NCBI RefSeq assembly: GCF_009914755.1 | Contig: NC_060945.1 | Length of the DNA: 64,000 nt | Direction: 5' to 3' (one strand) | Source of the DNA: the human T2T-CHM13v2.0 reference genome, Homo sapiens | Part shown: positions 41,041 through 58,100 of the stretch, one piece after another | Layout of the letters: each line of letters opens with the position of its first letter | How positions within the stretch are numbered: the first letter of the stretch is position 1 | Program-made: the position numbers and the translations under genes | The notes under the pieces: generated by a model | The model's input: only the letters and a program-made list of their open reading frames with translations | Databases searched by the model: none | Told to the model about the DNA's origin: nothing

Positions 41041-41992
41041 TCCTTTTAATTCCCAGTGAACTCAAAAGGTAGATATAATATACATTAACACTTTTGAAAA
41101 CGTAACTTTAAATCTTTCACTTTCTGACTATCACTTCCCTTTCATCAATCATAATTAATCCTCTCCCCTATTCTAAAATACCTTAGATCTCCTTGAAACT
41201 AACCATCTATTGAACTAATTAATTATTAAATATGTATCACCTCCCAGTTATAATGATTTACCTGTCTCTCAGGTTTATTCTATATATCATTTAATAGGTT
41301 ACATCAAATTAAATCAGCTTGTGGTCTTAAAAATCCTTATCCAAGAAAGAATACTTGAATTTTATAATCAATTATGTTGCTTTCAACTGAATTCTAATTA
41401 ATTTTGGCATTTACATGCTTGTTTATTTTGTTGTAGTTTCAATGTGATAGCTATTCCCCTCATTTGATGCTTCATAAATTTTATTTTATTTTGTAAGAAA
41501 AAAGGTCCAAGAGCATGCATTTTATTATTACATCTTTGGCTAGATTTTATATACTGTGTTTTTTCTATTGCTATTCTTAATAAAATGTGTAACTTTTTTC
41601 CTGAACTATTCTTTGAGTATATAATTTTTAGACATTTAAAACTCAATTGTAAATATCTATAGCTGTTTTGCTTTCACTGTTAGGCTTTTTTATTTTGTGG
41701 AGTTTGTACAAAAACTACAATTTCTACTACATGGGATATGTTGAGGTTTGCTTTGTGACATAATACACATTTACTTTTGTAAATGCATCTGTTTTGGAGA
41801 TGATTGCATAGTCTCTTTTTTGTTTTAAAATAATATTAATATGCATTGCTATTTGCACGTCAAAATGCAGTGTTCAACACTGTTTATTATTTAAATATCT
41901 TCTGGATTTAACATCTACTCTTTTACTTGCACTAATATCCCCCCAAATTATAAACATATTAATATTTCACAGAGCAAGCCTAACAGATTTTA

Positions 41993-42272
41993 TTTTTATT
42001 TATTTACTTATTTATTTTGACAGGGAGTCTCACTCTGTCACCCAGGCTGGGGTGCAGTGGCACAATCTCAGCTCACTGCAACCTCCGCCTCCCGGGTTCA
42101 AGCAATCTGCCTCAGCCTCTGGAGTAGTTGAGAGTACAGGCGTGTGCCACCACACCTGGCCAACTTTTGTATTTTTAGTAGAGAGGTGATTTCACCAGGT
42201 TGGCCAGTCTGGTCTTGAAGTCCTGACCTCCCAAAGTGCTGAGATTATAGACGTGAGCCACCGTGCCCTGCC
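41993..42272 (-). mobile_element. AluS with internal deletion at a cctc microhomology
   Basis: cctgacctc|ccaaagtg junction; TSD ctaacagatttta (41980-41992) / ctaacaaatttta (42274-42286). Confidence 0.92.
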
Positions 42273-42449
42273 TCTAACAAATTTTAAAGAAACATTGATT
42301 TTATCAGCTTTTAGTTGTAGATGTGAATGTCTTTGACATATTGTACATTTAAAAAAAATCAGAATGCTAACTTATTTTTTATGTAATTTAAATCTATTCA
42401 GTACTGCACTTATTTCTGCATATCTTTTCTTCTGTATAATTTACATCAG

Positions 42450-42671
42450 ATATCTAACATCTTTGTGTGCCTGTGAAGAGTCAGATAGTAAATCATGTCA
42501 ATATCATGAGCCATAAGGTTTCTTTCAAATACTGAATTCTGCCATGTTAGCACAAAAGCAGCCATAGACTATGTAAAAAGAAATGGGTATAACCATTTCC
42601 TAATAATACTTTATTTACAAAAGAGGCAGTGAGGTAAATTTGGGGGAGTGACTAGAGTTTGCAGATCCTTG
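42450..42671 (-). mobile_element. MER58A hAT-Charlie MITE
   Basis: cagatagtaaat...aaagcagccatagac...actttatttacaaaa...gtttgcagatccttg. Confidence 0.8.
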
Positions 42672-44559
42672 ATCTACATAATTATTCTGCATAATATAGG
42701 GGGCTGCATATGAATTTATATTCTTCACTTTTTTCTTTTATTAAGATTATTTTAAAACGATGATATACTCTCATGGAGTGATATTATCTAAATATGTAAG
42801 AGAACATATTTACATTTAGCAAAGCTATTTACTAGAAGAAATTAAGGCTTACATAGGCTAAGATCACAGAGCTGAGGTCAAGCTCATTCTGCTTGGCTCT
42901 GTACTGAACTGCCAAAGTGTACAATCACTTAATCATTCATCTGCTAAACAGACATTTATTTTTTATTTGCTATTAAATTAAGTGCCATTTTATGCATATT
43001 ATCAGACTCATGGTCAGAGTCTGGTTAATTTACCTTTTTCTGACCTCCAGAACAAACTTGAAAAGGGCTCAATGGAAACCAGTGGCTTATTAAAGTATTA
43101 ATGTAATTAGAAGATCTACAAAGGAGTTTTACAGTGATAAGAACTAATATTAATAGAAAAATAAGCGAATTCTGAAGTTTGTCTTATTTATTAGGTAGCA
43201 ATATGCTAAACACCATTATCACTTTATCTCAATTTTCCTGAAATAAAGGATTTAAACTGGCCAATAAGAAATCGTATTGAAGGCTATCTGAAAATAAACT
43301 ATAAATTACCTGTGAGATATCACAGAGAATTTGGCATTTTTTTCTCTTAATGAATCAACAGAAGGAAAATATGTAGACTCCTGAGAACACAAGTAGATGG
43401 CTTTAAAGAATCTCTTCCCAGGTTTTTGTCACTTTGTAATATAAAATAACAATGATATAAACTTAGTTGATGACAACAACTGACATAAAACATGTATATG
43501 ATCTTTTTGTTTATAGGAGTCCTTAAAATTTATATGTGAAAATTTGGAAAGTAGTTTAATGCCACTTAATTATTTTAGGTCCTGAGGGTATCATTTAAAT
43601 AACTAATGCTTCATTGCACTAAATGGTCCAAAAGTGTCCTCAAAATTGTAAACTTGTTTTCAGAAGTGCCTAAAGAGTCCCTAGGGAATATCTTAATCGT
43701 CTAGAGTACCTTGCTCATTAGTATATTGATTCAAATATTTCTATGATACTAGGCATGCGAGTCTCCACATGTAAATCATTTATAAGACTTTTATTTAAAG
43801 ATATTTTAAATCTCTTTATTATATCTTTATTAAAGAAGCCAAAGGGATATATAAATCTATCTACTAAAGAAATGGATGCTAACTGCATGTGGGCAGTGGT
43901 GTATAATTCAAGACAGAAAGCTTAAATAGCAGTAGTCATTAAAAAAAGCAGTTGAGTTTAGATTTAACAATAATAATAACAGCTACTTTTGTGATCATCT
44001 TATTTTCTGCAAAATGGAAAAGAACACTAATAATGTTATTAAACATGTAAAATCAGAATATTTTAATAAAATATTTTATTAATATTAAGAATAAATATTA
44101 AGAATATTTTAACAAAATATTCTTAATAATATTGTTGAATAACAATATTAATAGAACATAATCATTCAACATTAAATTGGAATTTATTAAATGCATGAGT
44201 TCATTTATTTGTAATTTTTAAATAACTTTTACATAATATGTAAAAATATTTTCCTCTGCTATATTATCCCCAAAAATGTCTCATACTATGTTCTCTTCTA
44301 ACTTTAAAATAACACCATGATTTTTAAGTAGTCCTCACTTTATATTACATATACATGTATAATAGATATACACACACACATATTAACTATATGCATAGTA
44401 GTATGTTTACTACATAGTAAATAATACATATTGTTATAATATAAATATGTTACATATAATACATATTGTTATAACATAAATATATATTTATAATAATACA
44501 TATCATTACAATATGAATATATAGTACAGATTATAAATACTACATATTTATTATATAGT

Positions 44560-45290
44560 TGCAGTATTCAAGACAGGGTATATGATATTGAGGAAAGGAA
44601 TAGACACATAGATAAATAAAGCATAATAGAGAGGTCAGAAATAGACCCTAACAAATATGACCAATTAATTTCTTAGTAAGTTTTTTTTTTTTTTTTTGAG
44701 ACAGAGTGTCGCTCTGGCACAAGGCTGGAGTGCAGTGGCACAATCTCAGCTCACTGCAACCTCTGCTTCCCTGGTTCAAGTGATTCTGCTGCCTCAGCCC
44801 TCCTGAGTAGCTGGGACTATAGGCGTGTGCCACCACGCCCAGCTAATTTTTGTATTTTTAGTAGAGATGGGGTTTCACCATGTTGGCCAGGATGGTCTCC
44901 ATCTCTTGACCTCGTGATCTGCCCGCCTCAGCCTCCCAAAGTGCTAGGATTACAGGTATGAGCCATCACGCCCGGCCTTTCTTAATAAGTTGTAAATGTA
45001 ATTAAATAGAAAAATGATAGACTTTTCATCATCATATGGGTCATATGGACACTAATAGGCAAAAAATAAAAGAAAAAAATTTAAAAGAAGAACCACAGCC
45101 TAAACATCATACTTTACATAAAAATTAACTCAAAATAGGTCATGGACTTAAATGTAAAATGTAACACAATAAAATATTTAAAATATTAGAAAAAATTAAT
45201 AAAGAATCTTTAGTATCTAGAATTAAACAAAGAGTTTTTAGACTTGCAACCAAAAGGACTATTAGTAAAAGAAAAAAAAATGGTAATTGT
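44560..45290 (+). mobile_element. L1MC/L1MD ORF2 fragment (outer element of the nest)
   Basis: agtattcaagacagggta...cagaaatagacccta; catactttacataaaaattaactcaaaatagg. Confidence 0.75.
44683..44977 (-). mobile_element. AluSc
   Basis: gccaggatggtctccatctcttgacctcgtgat; TSD tttcttagtaagtt (44669-44682) / tttcttaataagtt (44978-44991). Confidence 0.95.
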
Positions 45291-45300
45291 GGCTTATTTC

Positions 45301-48300
45301 CTTCTGGATTCAGTGCACCCACTTTTCCCTGATCTGAGGATTTCAGCTGTGGCCCAGAGACCTTCTGGAAACCCAGCCTTCAAGCACTCATGGTCTTCTC
45401 TTTCACTTCCATAGCCTAAGTGTTCTGCTTGCCCCTGCCTGAGAGTTCAGCCTGTGACCCTGGGACAAGCCCATTCCTTCCCATCATGGCCAGCACCAGA
45501 GCCCTGGGCTAACCTGAACCCTTTCTTTCCCATCAGGCTGATTCTGGACTCATACACACAGTACATACACACAGTCCAGTGGGACATCTAGGGACCGGAG
45601 AATTAGAGAACTGCCCACCCCACTCCAACATTGCTGGCACCTGACCACCTTCCTCAGGACCTGGGGTCGGGCTGAGGCAGCCATTACTATTACCAAACCA
45701 CATTTGCGCAAGCGCAAAGGTGGAGGCCCTGCTTTACATGAAGAAGCAGTACTGCCACATTGGAGAACAGGAGAGCCACAAACTTATCTGAATCAGGCTG
45801 AGTGATGAAGTTCTGACCCAAAACCATTCTCAAGGAGAATCACAAATCAGACATTTCCTAAGTCTCACATCCACATTGTAAGATCTAAATTAAGAGTCAC
45901 AGCTGTAGAACAGGGGTGTGATAGGGCAACAGTCCACATTTCTGACTCCCTATGATGAGGAGCTGGTGCAGCTCCCCCATACTCCAGCAAAGGCCTCAGC
46001 AAAATTCACCAGGAGCTTCCCCCAGCCACAATCGTTGGGGCTGGTGCCTGTGCTTGCCATAGGGGTAATTGTGGGCCAAGCAGGGACTTTAGCTCTGCCC
46101 TACTCTGTCCTCCCACCAACATAGAGCAAGAAGCAAAGAGCACCGGGCTCACCACTATCCAACCCATCACCTGAAACAACAGAGAGTACCTCACAGTAAA
46201 ATTAAAAGATGAGATATGTACTGATCTGCTTGTATCATGGCTGGCTCTCGTAGGTTAGCATTATCTATTGGCCTGTAGGTCAAATGGCACATCCCAATGT
46301 AAGAGCTGCTGACAGAGGTGCATAGGGCCATAGAAGCAAAACTAAAGAGCCCCACCCATTTTACTCTACAGTCACACCACCTGGAAGAGGAAAGAAAAAC
46401 CAACAGTAATATAGGAAAAGAAAGGGAATAATCGTATCTGCATGAAAATGATTACACAAATTAGAAGTGCCAGCATGTCCATGAAAAATGTATATGTTGT
46501 AACAGCCCTAACGGATCAAACTATCTCTCCAGCACTGGTCCCCAACCAAAAGGGAAACTCAGAAATAACAAATAAAGAATTCAAATCATGGATGACAAGG
46601 AAGTTCAACATAGTGAAGACAAGACTGAAAATCAACACGAAGAAACTATTAAAACAATCCAGAAAATGACAGAAGAGATGAACACATTAAAGATAAATCA
46701 GTAAGAGTTTATAGAGTTAGAAAACTCACTTAAGGAATTACAAAATACAATCGAAAGCTTTATCAGTAAAACAGACCAAGCAGAAAAATTTCAGATCTTG
46801 AAAAATTGTTTTTCAAACAAATTCAGACAAAATTAAAGAAAAAAGAATTAAAGAAAATGAACAAAGTTTTTTTAAAAATGGAGTTATGTAAAGTGACTAA
46901 ACCTACCAATTATTGCCATTCCTGAAAGAAAGAGAGAAAAAGTTAACAATGTGGAAAATATGTTTGAGGGAATAATTCAAGAAAAAATTTCCTAATCTTG
47001 CTAGAGAGGTTGAAATCCAAATACAATAAATTCAGACAAAACCTAGGACAGGCTATACAGAATGAACATCACCAAGACATGTAGTCACGAGGTTTCAAGG
47101 TCAACACTAAAGAGAAAAATCTTAAAGACAATCAGGAAGAAAAAACAAAAAAAAAAGGCCTACACAAGGTCAACACTAAAGAAAAAAAAAAAATCAAAGA
47201 CTGCCAGAAAAAAGGGCCAAATATATACAAAGGTAACCCTGTCAGGCTAACAATGGACTTCTTAGCAGAACCACTATAAGGTAGAATAGATTGCAGACCT
47301 ATTTTCAGTATTCTTAAAGGAAAGAAACTCCAACCAGGAGCTTTATATCTCAACAAACTAAACTTTATAATATGTGAAGGAAAAATAAATTTTTTTTCCA
47401 ACAAGCAAGAACTAAAGGAATTCCACCAGACCAGTCTTATAAGAGATCCTTAAGGTAGTTCTAAGCATGGAAATTAGAGAACAATATCTGCTACCACAAA
47501 AATAAATATATGCACACAGCCCAGAGACCTTTTAAAGCAACTACACAACCAAGAATACAAAGCGACCAATTAGTAACTTTATGATAGATTCGAAACCTCA
47601 CAAATAATTACTAACCTTAAATGTAAATAGCTTAAATAGCCCACTTAAAAGACAGAGTGGAAAGTTGGATTAAAAAAATAGACCCATCCAACTACTGTCT
47701 TCAAGAGACCCAACTCATAAGTAATGACACACATAGGCTCAAAGTAAAGGGCTAGAAAAAGATCTACCACACAAATGGAAATCAAAAATAGTAGCCGTCA
47801 CTATTCTTATATCAGATAAAACTGACTTTAAACCAACAACGGTCAAAGGACAAATAGGGGCATCACATAACAATAAAGGGTTCAATTCAACAGGAAAAAA
47901 TTGACTACAGTAAATATATATGCATCCAATGTTGGGGTACCCAGATTCATAAAACAAGTAGTTTCAGACCTATGAAATATTGTAGATGACAAACAATAAC
48001 AGTTGGGAACACCATCACCCTACTGGCAGTGTTAGATCATTGAGGCAGAAAAATAACAAATTCTGGATGAAGATTTTATACTTGAACAATTATACCTAAT
48101 AGAGATCTATAAAATTATCCATGCATCAACCAGAGTAAAATTCTTCTCATCTGCATGCAGAACATACTCTAAGACCAAACATGCTAGGCCATGGAGTATC
48201 AATAATTTTTTTAAAAATTGCAGCCAAACCAAGCATACTTTCCAGCTACAGTGGAATGCAAATATAAATCAATACTAAGAGGATCTCTTAATACCACACA

Positions 48301-49025
48301 ATTACATGGAAATCAACCAACTGGTTTTTAAATTGCTTTTGGGTAAACAACAAAGTCAAGGCAGAAATAAAAAATTACTTGAAATTAATGAAAATAGAGA
48401 TGCAACATACCAAAATCTCTGGAATGCAGCAAAAGCAGTGTTAAAACTTTCTAATGCTAAACACCTACATCCAGAAGTTAGAAGAATCTCAAATTAAAAA
48501 TCAAACATTGAACCTTAGAGAAAACTAGTAAAAAAATAACAAAATAACCCTAAAAGTAGCAGAAGAAAAGAAATAACTAAAATCAGAGGATAATAGAGTA
48601 AATTGAGACCCAGAAATTCACACCAAAGATCAATAAACCCAAATTTTCTTCCTTAAAAGGATAAACAAGATCAATACAGCTAGATTAGATTAACACCAAA
48701 AAAGAGAGAGATCCAAATAAGCACAGTCAGACATGACAAAAGTGGCATTACAACAGAAATAAAAAAGATCCTAAGGGACTACTGTGAACATCTCTATGCA
48801 CACAAGCTAGGAAATCTAGTGGAAATGGATGAAGTCCTGGAAACACACAAACTCATAATATTTAATCAGAATGAAATTGAAATCCTGAACAGAACAATAT
48901 CTTGCTTTGAAATTGAATCAGTAATAAAAACAAAACCCTAAAGCAGATGGATTCATGGCCAAATTCTACCAGACATACAAAGAAGAGCTGGTACCAGTTC
49001 TACTGAAACTACTGCAAAAATCTGA
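45301..49025 (+). mobile_element. L1PA15/16-like: partial 5'UTR, ORF1 relic, ORF2 5' part
   Basis: GC-richer UTR to ~46440; ORF1-like 46500-47480; ORF2 start atgatagattcgaaacctcac at 47581. Confidence 0.82.
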
Positions 49026-49029
49026 AAGA

Positions 49030-49593
49030 AAACAAAAAACTTACAATGAATAAACAAATTCAATAAATTTACAAGAAACAAAATCAACATACAACCTACA
49101 AAAAATTGCATTTGTATTTCTATATACTAACAACATACAATCTGAAAAGGATATTAAATCAACCTCATTTATAATGGAATTAATCCCATTAAAAATAGAA
49201 ATAAACTTAACCAAGGAGGTAGAAGACTTTTTTTTTTTACACTGAAAACTATAATATATTAGTGAAAGAAATTAGACACATACAGATGGAAATAAGTATA
49301 ATGTTTATATTTTGGAATCTTAATATTGTGAAAATATTTATGTTACACAAAGAATTGGAATTCTATTCCCATGAAAATCCTAGTGACATTTCTTTTAGAA
49401 ATAGAAAAATAGTCCTAAAATTCATATGGAACAACAGAAGACTCAGGATATAAAAAGTCATCTTGAGAAGAAAGAACAAAACTGGAGGCATCACACTGCC
49501 TAACTTAAAACATATTACAAAGCTATAGTAATCAAAACAGTATGGTATTAGGATAAAGAAAGATATACAGAACAATGAAACAGAATTAAGAGC
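49030..49593 (+). mobile_element. L1M ORF2 fragment
   Basis: aataaacaaattcaataaa...ggaggcatcacactgcctaac. Confidence 0.75.
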
Positions 49594-49630
49594 TTGGCTG
49601 CGCATGCATGGCTCACAACTGTAATCACAG

Positions 49631-52750
<3,120 letters not shown>

Positions 52751-52759
52751 AAGAATATA

Positions 52760-53200
52760 AAAGTAAACTACAGGTCAATACTCTTGATGAACACAGATGC
52801 AAAATCCTCAGCAAAATACTAGGAAATCTAATCCGGCAGCATATCAAAAAGTTAATTCCTCATGATCAAGTAAGCTTTATTCCTGGGATGCAAGTTTGGC
52901 TCAAAATACACAAATCAATAAATTGGATTCACTACATGAACCAAATTCACATGATCACTTATAAGAGTGAGCTAAATTTTGGGAACACAAGGACATAAAG
53001 ATGGGAAGGATAAAACACTGGGGACTACCAGAGGGGGAAGGGAAGGAAGGGGGCAATGTTGAAAAACTACCTATTGTGTATTATGCTCACTATCTGGGTG
53101 AAGACACCAGTTGTGCAACAAAACTTTGCATAATGCAACATACCTATGTAACAAATCTACACGTGTACCACCTGTATCTAAAATAAAAGTTGAATTTAAA
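52760..53200 (+). mobile_element. Resumption and 3' end of L1PA16-like element
   Basis: RT-region aaactacaggtcaata...gatgcaaaatcctc, then 3'UTR ending tatctaaaataaaagttgaa. Confidence 0.82.
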
Positions 53201-53209
53201 AAGAAAGAA

Positions 53210-53630
53210 ATGGCGAGTTGTTAAAAAATGTGCAATGGAATACTATTCAGAAATAAATAAAACTCTTGATACATGTAAAAACATGATTGAATCTCTAGAA
53301 AATTATGCTGAGTGAAAAGATGAACCTCCAAAAGCAACATAGTTTGATTCCATCATATATTATTCTTAAAGTGACAAAATTTTCAGCATGGACAACAGAT
53401 TATGGGTTAGGAATTTTGCAGGGGAGTGGATGTAATTATGAAAGGGCAGCACAAGGGATCTTTGTGATAACAGAAGTCCTTTGTATCTTAATTGTGGTGG
53501 TATATTCGTAAACTTATACATTATAAAATTGCATTGAACTAAATGCACACACATAAATAACTACATGTAAAACTCAATAAGATTCATAAGTCTGATTGAG
53601 TGTATCAAAATCAACTTTCCAGTTGTGATT
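53210..53630 (+). mobile_element. L1MD-like 3' end
   Basis: aaagggcagcacaagggatctttgtgat...aaaattgcattgaactaaat. Confidence 0.75.
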
Positions 53631-54690
53631 TGTGCTCTGCCTATATTAATTCCTCCTTCCTCCGAGACCTCTGGCAACCATGAATATTTTTACCATCTCC
53701 ATAGTTTTGTCTTTTTTTAGGACATCGTGTAGTTGAAATTATATAGCATGTCACCTTTTCAGATTGTCTTATTAAGGTTTCTGATTAGTATATAAGATTT
53801 CTCTATTTTTTATGGTTTGATGTGTTGAATAATATCTACTGTATAAGTTCTCACTTAGCATTTAAGGTTTCTCTATGTCTTTTTGCTTCTTTTATCATTG
53901 AATAATATTTCATCGTATGAATGTACACTTTAAAAAATCTATTCACCTGCTAAAGGACATATTGGTCATTTCCAAGTTTTAACAATTATAAATAAAGCTG
54001 CAATAAACATCCATGTGCATATTTTTGTGAGAATATGTTTTCTACTCATTGGGTATAAATATCAAGGAGTGTGACTGCTGAATTTTACGGTAACTGTATA
54101 CTTAGTGTTGTAAGAAACTGCCAAACTATCTTCCAAAGTGGCTGTGCCATTTTTCATTACTACCAACAATAAATGAGAGCTCCTGTTGTTTGACATTCTC
54201 ACCAGCACTTGGTGTTGTTAGTATTCTGGATTTTTGCCATTCTCATAGGTATGTAGTGAATGTTTTTTATTGTTTTAATTTGCAACTCTAAATGACATGT
54301 AACATTATGCATCTTTTCACATAAAATTTTTGTCATCTCTGCGTCTTCTTTGGTGAAGTGTCGGTTCAGAACTCTTGTCCATTTTTTCTTAATTCTTGAC
54401 TACAGGTGCATTCTACCACACCAGACTAATTTTTTTTTTTATTTTGCATAGAGATGGGGTGTTGTTATGTTGCCCAGGTTAGTCTCAAATGACTGATCTC
54501 AAGTGACCCTACTGTCTCAGGCTCCCAGAGTGCTATGATCACATGCAAGAACCACCATGCCTGGCAGTCTTTTCCATTTCTTAATCTAGTTTCCTATTTT
54601 CTTATTATTGAATTTTAAGAGTTCTTTGAAAATTTTAGATAATAACCTTTTATCAGATATGTGGTTTATCAATAATTTCTCCCAGTCTGA
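53631..54690 (-). mobile_element. L1MC1/2-like antisense 3' region
   Basis: ctctggcaaccatgaat...ccatagttttgtc; gaaactgccaaactatcttccaaagtggctg. Confidence 0.8.
54399..54565 (-). mobile_element. Partial AluJ (left arm, linker, start of right arm)
   Basis: gagatggggtgttgttatgttgcccagg...ccaccatgcctggc. Confidence 0.8.
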
Positions 54691-54776
54691 GGAAAGGAGG
54701 ATAGTTTTATAGTTATTTTTTAATAATATCCTGTAGTAGAGATATTACAATATTACGGACAATTTGGTGAAAGTAA

Positions 54777-55087
<311 letters not shown>

Positions 55088-56908
55088 TGAATAGTTAATA
55101 TTAGAGAAGATTTGGGTTAGCTTTACATATATACTAAAAAAAATGAAATCTCATTGTGAAGACATTTCATGAGCTAAAACAACAACAAAAAAATACAATC
55201 TGTTGTGCTGTATTCCTGAAGTGTAGAATTTAAAATATTTATTTGCTATTAATTTTCATAGAAAAAAGTACAAGAAATCAGGCTGTTCCACTACATATAT
55301 GAACAGATAGATAAAATTATTTCAAAAACAGGGTAAAGCTGTACAATTTTTAAATGCAATTTTGTGAATACTATTTGGGAAACTTTGGTTTACACACGCT
55401 GGTTTCTATCATGTTTGAGCATCAAGGTAGAATTTAAATGATGTCAATACAGAAGTCTCTAAAGGAAGCAAGGATTATATTTATGCTTTCTATGATCTGG
55501 CTTTAGAAACTGCACATCCTACATATTACTAATGTTTTCACAACAAACAAATCAGCAAAACAAATTTTCCGAAGTTTTACATTGTGTATCTTCCCATAAC
55601 AACATAATTACCATTGTCATTTAAAATAATAGGGAGCTATTTATGTTTGTATTTTCATGTCTGACTTAATATAAATAAAGCTGTACCAAAAAATTTGCGA
55701 TGAATTGGATAGCTATTTAGAATCTTGTATTTAGAGACTTAACATTTATTGCAAAATTATACATACATACGTAATTTTTATGCATGCAATGTGTATTCCT
55801 ATAAGATGGAAGTTAAATTGAATAACATTATGAGATTTGTAAAATGACAGTGGATCTAAAATAATCCATTATAATGTCCATTTTACATCTCCTTTATTCT
55901 ACTTGATAGTGATTTACAACAGAAAACAACAATGTTTTATTATGTATTCAAACATAGCCTTCTTGATAGAAAATATTTATTAGGTTATCCAGCATTATAC
56001 TGCATAGAATACATAAACATTCATTTTTCAATTCATGTTAATGTTTTGTATGAAATCTGTTAAAGGAAAACAAATCTTGGTAAGTATATCAATAATATAC
56101 TGTATATGATTCCAAATAAATAAACAAAATTGAAGAAATATGTAGAATAGTAAAGTACAATTAAGAAATACAAAAGGGCATACAAAATATATGCTTTGTA
56201 AATAGCAGGACATTCTAGCTCTAGCACAATAAAAATGTAAAGTTTGTCTCTAAGAACATAGATAAAATTTCAACTAGACAATAAGTAGTTAAATTACACA
56301 ATAAAAATTATAAACAAAGTAAAAGTTAAATGTGCATAAGCACCTTCACAACACATAAACAAATCAATAATTGCCTAAACCACTTTTAATTTTTAACATG
56401 CACAAACTGAAATATAAAATAATTAATGTTAAAATATAACAAAACATTATTTGATAAACTAATCATCCAGTATTACTAAACTAAAGCTTAAGTTTGAGTT
56501 TATTTATTGCTTAACCCTCGTAGATTTTTCTTTACATACTGAAAGTACATTTTAAGTAAGAAAAAAAGGTAGGTTGTCAAAGGGTAATTGATTTTAACAT
56601 TAAATTTTTGTTTTACTGAGAAATTTAAATGTTCTAATTCAGCACTCCAAAATATTAAATACTAATTTTTAAAAATTAGCAGTGTTTTGCCTTCATTTAT
56701 ATTGTTTTTCTATCTGAGAGTTAATGAAGTTGAAGCGAGTTTTTCTTGACCACCATAATGACTAAATTTCTGTTGGACATAGCAATGGAAATTAATAAAG
56801 TTTTAATAGAACGAATATTTCATTCCTTGTTAAAGACATGATGGAATACTTTAAAAGAAAGGAAGATTGCTACTAGATATACATAAAACAATGCTAGTGA
56901 ATATATAT

Positions 56909-57216
56909 CACAGGGGAGGGCAAAATTTTGTCTCTTTCCTCTTAGAGTTCTTTTGCTGAGTGTCAGAATTAAACTGACATAAGACGGACCAACAGGTAAA
57001 AAGTATGCAAATCTAGTTAATATAGGTTTTATGTGACACAGGAGTCTTCATAAGGAAATGGGAGATGGAAAAGATCCAAAGACAGTTACAGCTGATCACT
57101 TATATACTGAATTAGACAAGGAGTAATAAGTTACAAAAATGCGACAAGTAACAGGGGCTTTTACTCAACACATCAGAGCAGCATATTCTAGGGTGGCATC
57201 TTCTTAACTCATTTCA
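56909..57216 (-). mobile_element. MER67/MER31-group ERV1 LTR, internally deleted
   Basis: agaattaaactgacataagac...ttcataaggaaatg...gcatattctagggtggcat...ttca. Confidence 0.7.
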
Positions 57217-57289
57217 TATTAAAAAAGTAAAAAAGAGGGTGAACTGCATATATCCAAAGAGACAGGAAATATAATTGTTCTAGTATTAA

Positions 57290-57485
57290 TTTTATATTTG
57301 CTATATTTCAAGTACTGTTTGAAACACATCGCATGTGCAAATGTATTTAGTAGTCACAAGAATCTTATGCTATAAGTACTTTTACTTGATTTCTTCACTA
57401 TAACCTGTCCAAAGTCAAAGCATTAGTAGGTTCTGGAGTAAAGATTCTAGTCTACACACTTTGGCTCAAAAGCAACTGCTTCGTA
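57290..57485 (-). mobile_element. MIR SINE
   Basis: atttagtagtcacaagaatcttatg...taacctgtccaaagtca core. Confidence 0.6.
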
Positions 57486-57682
57486 GTGTAGTGTACTTAT
57501 TCCAAACAACAGAATCTTCAAATACATTTAACAACTGTTTTATTTTTTACTTGTCTTTTAATTAGATTATGTGAAAAATAAAGTTAGTGAGCGCTATCAC
57601 TGTTTATATTTTTTAAGCTGAATGTTTTCAAAAAACTCAGAGTGATGGGTATGAAGATTTAAAGGAAGCACTGGGATCACAT

Positions 57683-58100
57683 TGTTCCAGGATTCTTTGC
57701 TCCTTAGTTAAGCTAAAATCCAGGTTCTTGTGTCATAATCGGGAAAAATTAGGCACAAGGACACATTGAAAGCTGAGGAGAGCAGAATGTATTAAAAGAA
57801 AGAGCTCAGTGAAATAAAGGGGTCCTGCCAACAGGTTCCCACCTCACAGATTGAATACTAGGCCAGCACATGCAAGCAGAAGAGGCCAGGCTCCTCCTCC
57901 CTGCAGAAGACTTGAATTCCCAGGGACTCCACCCCATTCTCCCAGCAGCAGGTGGGCCCTTAGCCTGAGCCACTCCACGGTGATTTATTGTTGTTACTGC
58001 ACATGTGTTAAGGGACAGAATTTTTCACCATGGGCATGATTAGGCAAAGCCCCCAGTACACAATGACGTGGTAGCATTTGGCTGTCTCCTGCCTCTATCA
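57683..58100 (-). mobile_element. 3' LTR (MER61 family)
   Basis: tgttccagg...ggctgtctcctgcctctatca. Confidence 0.88.
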
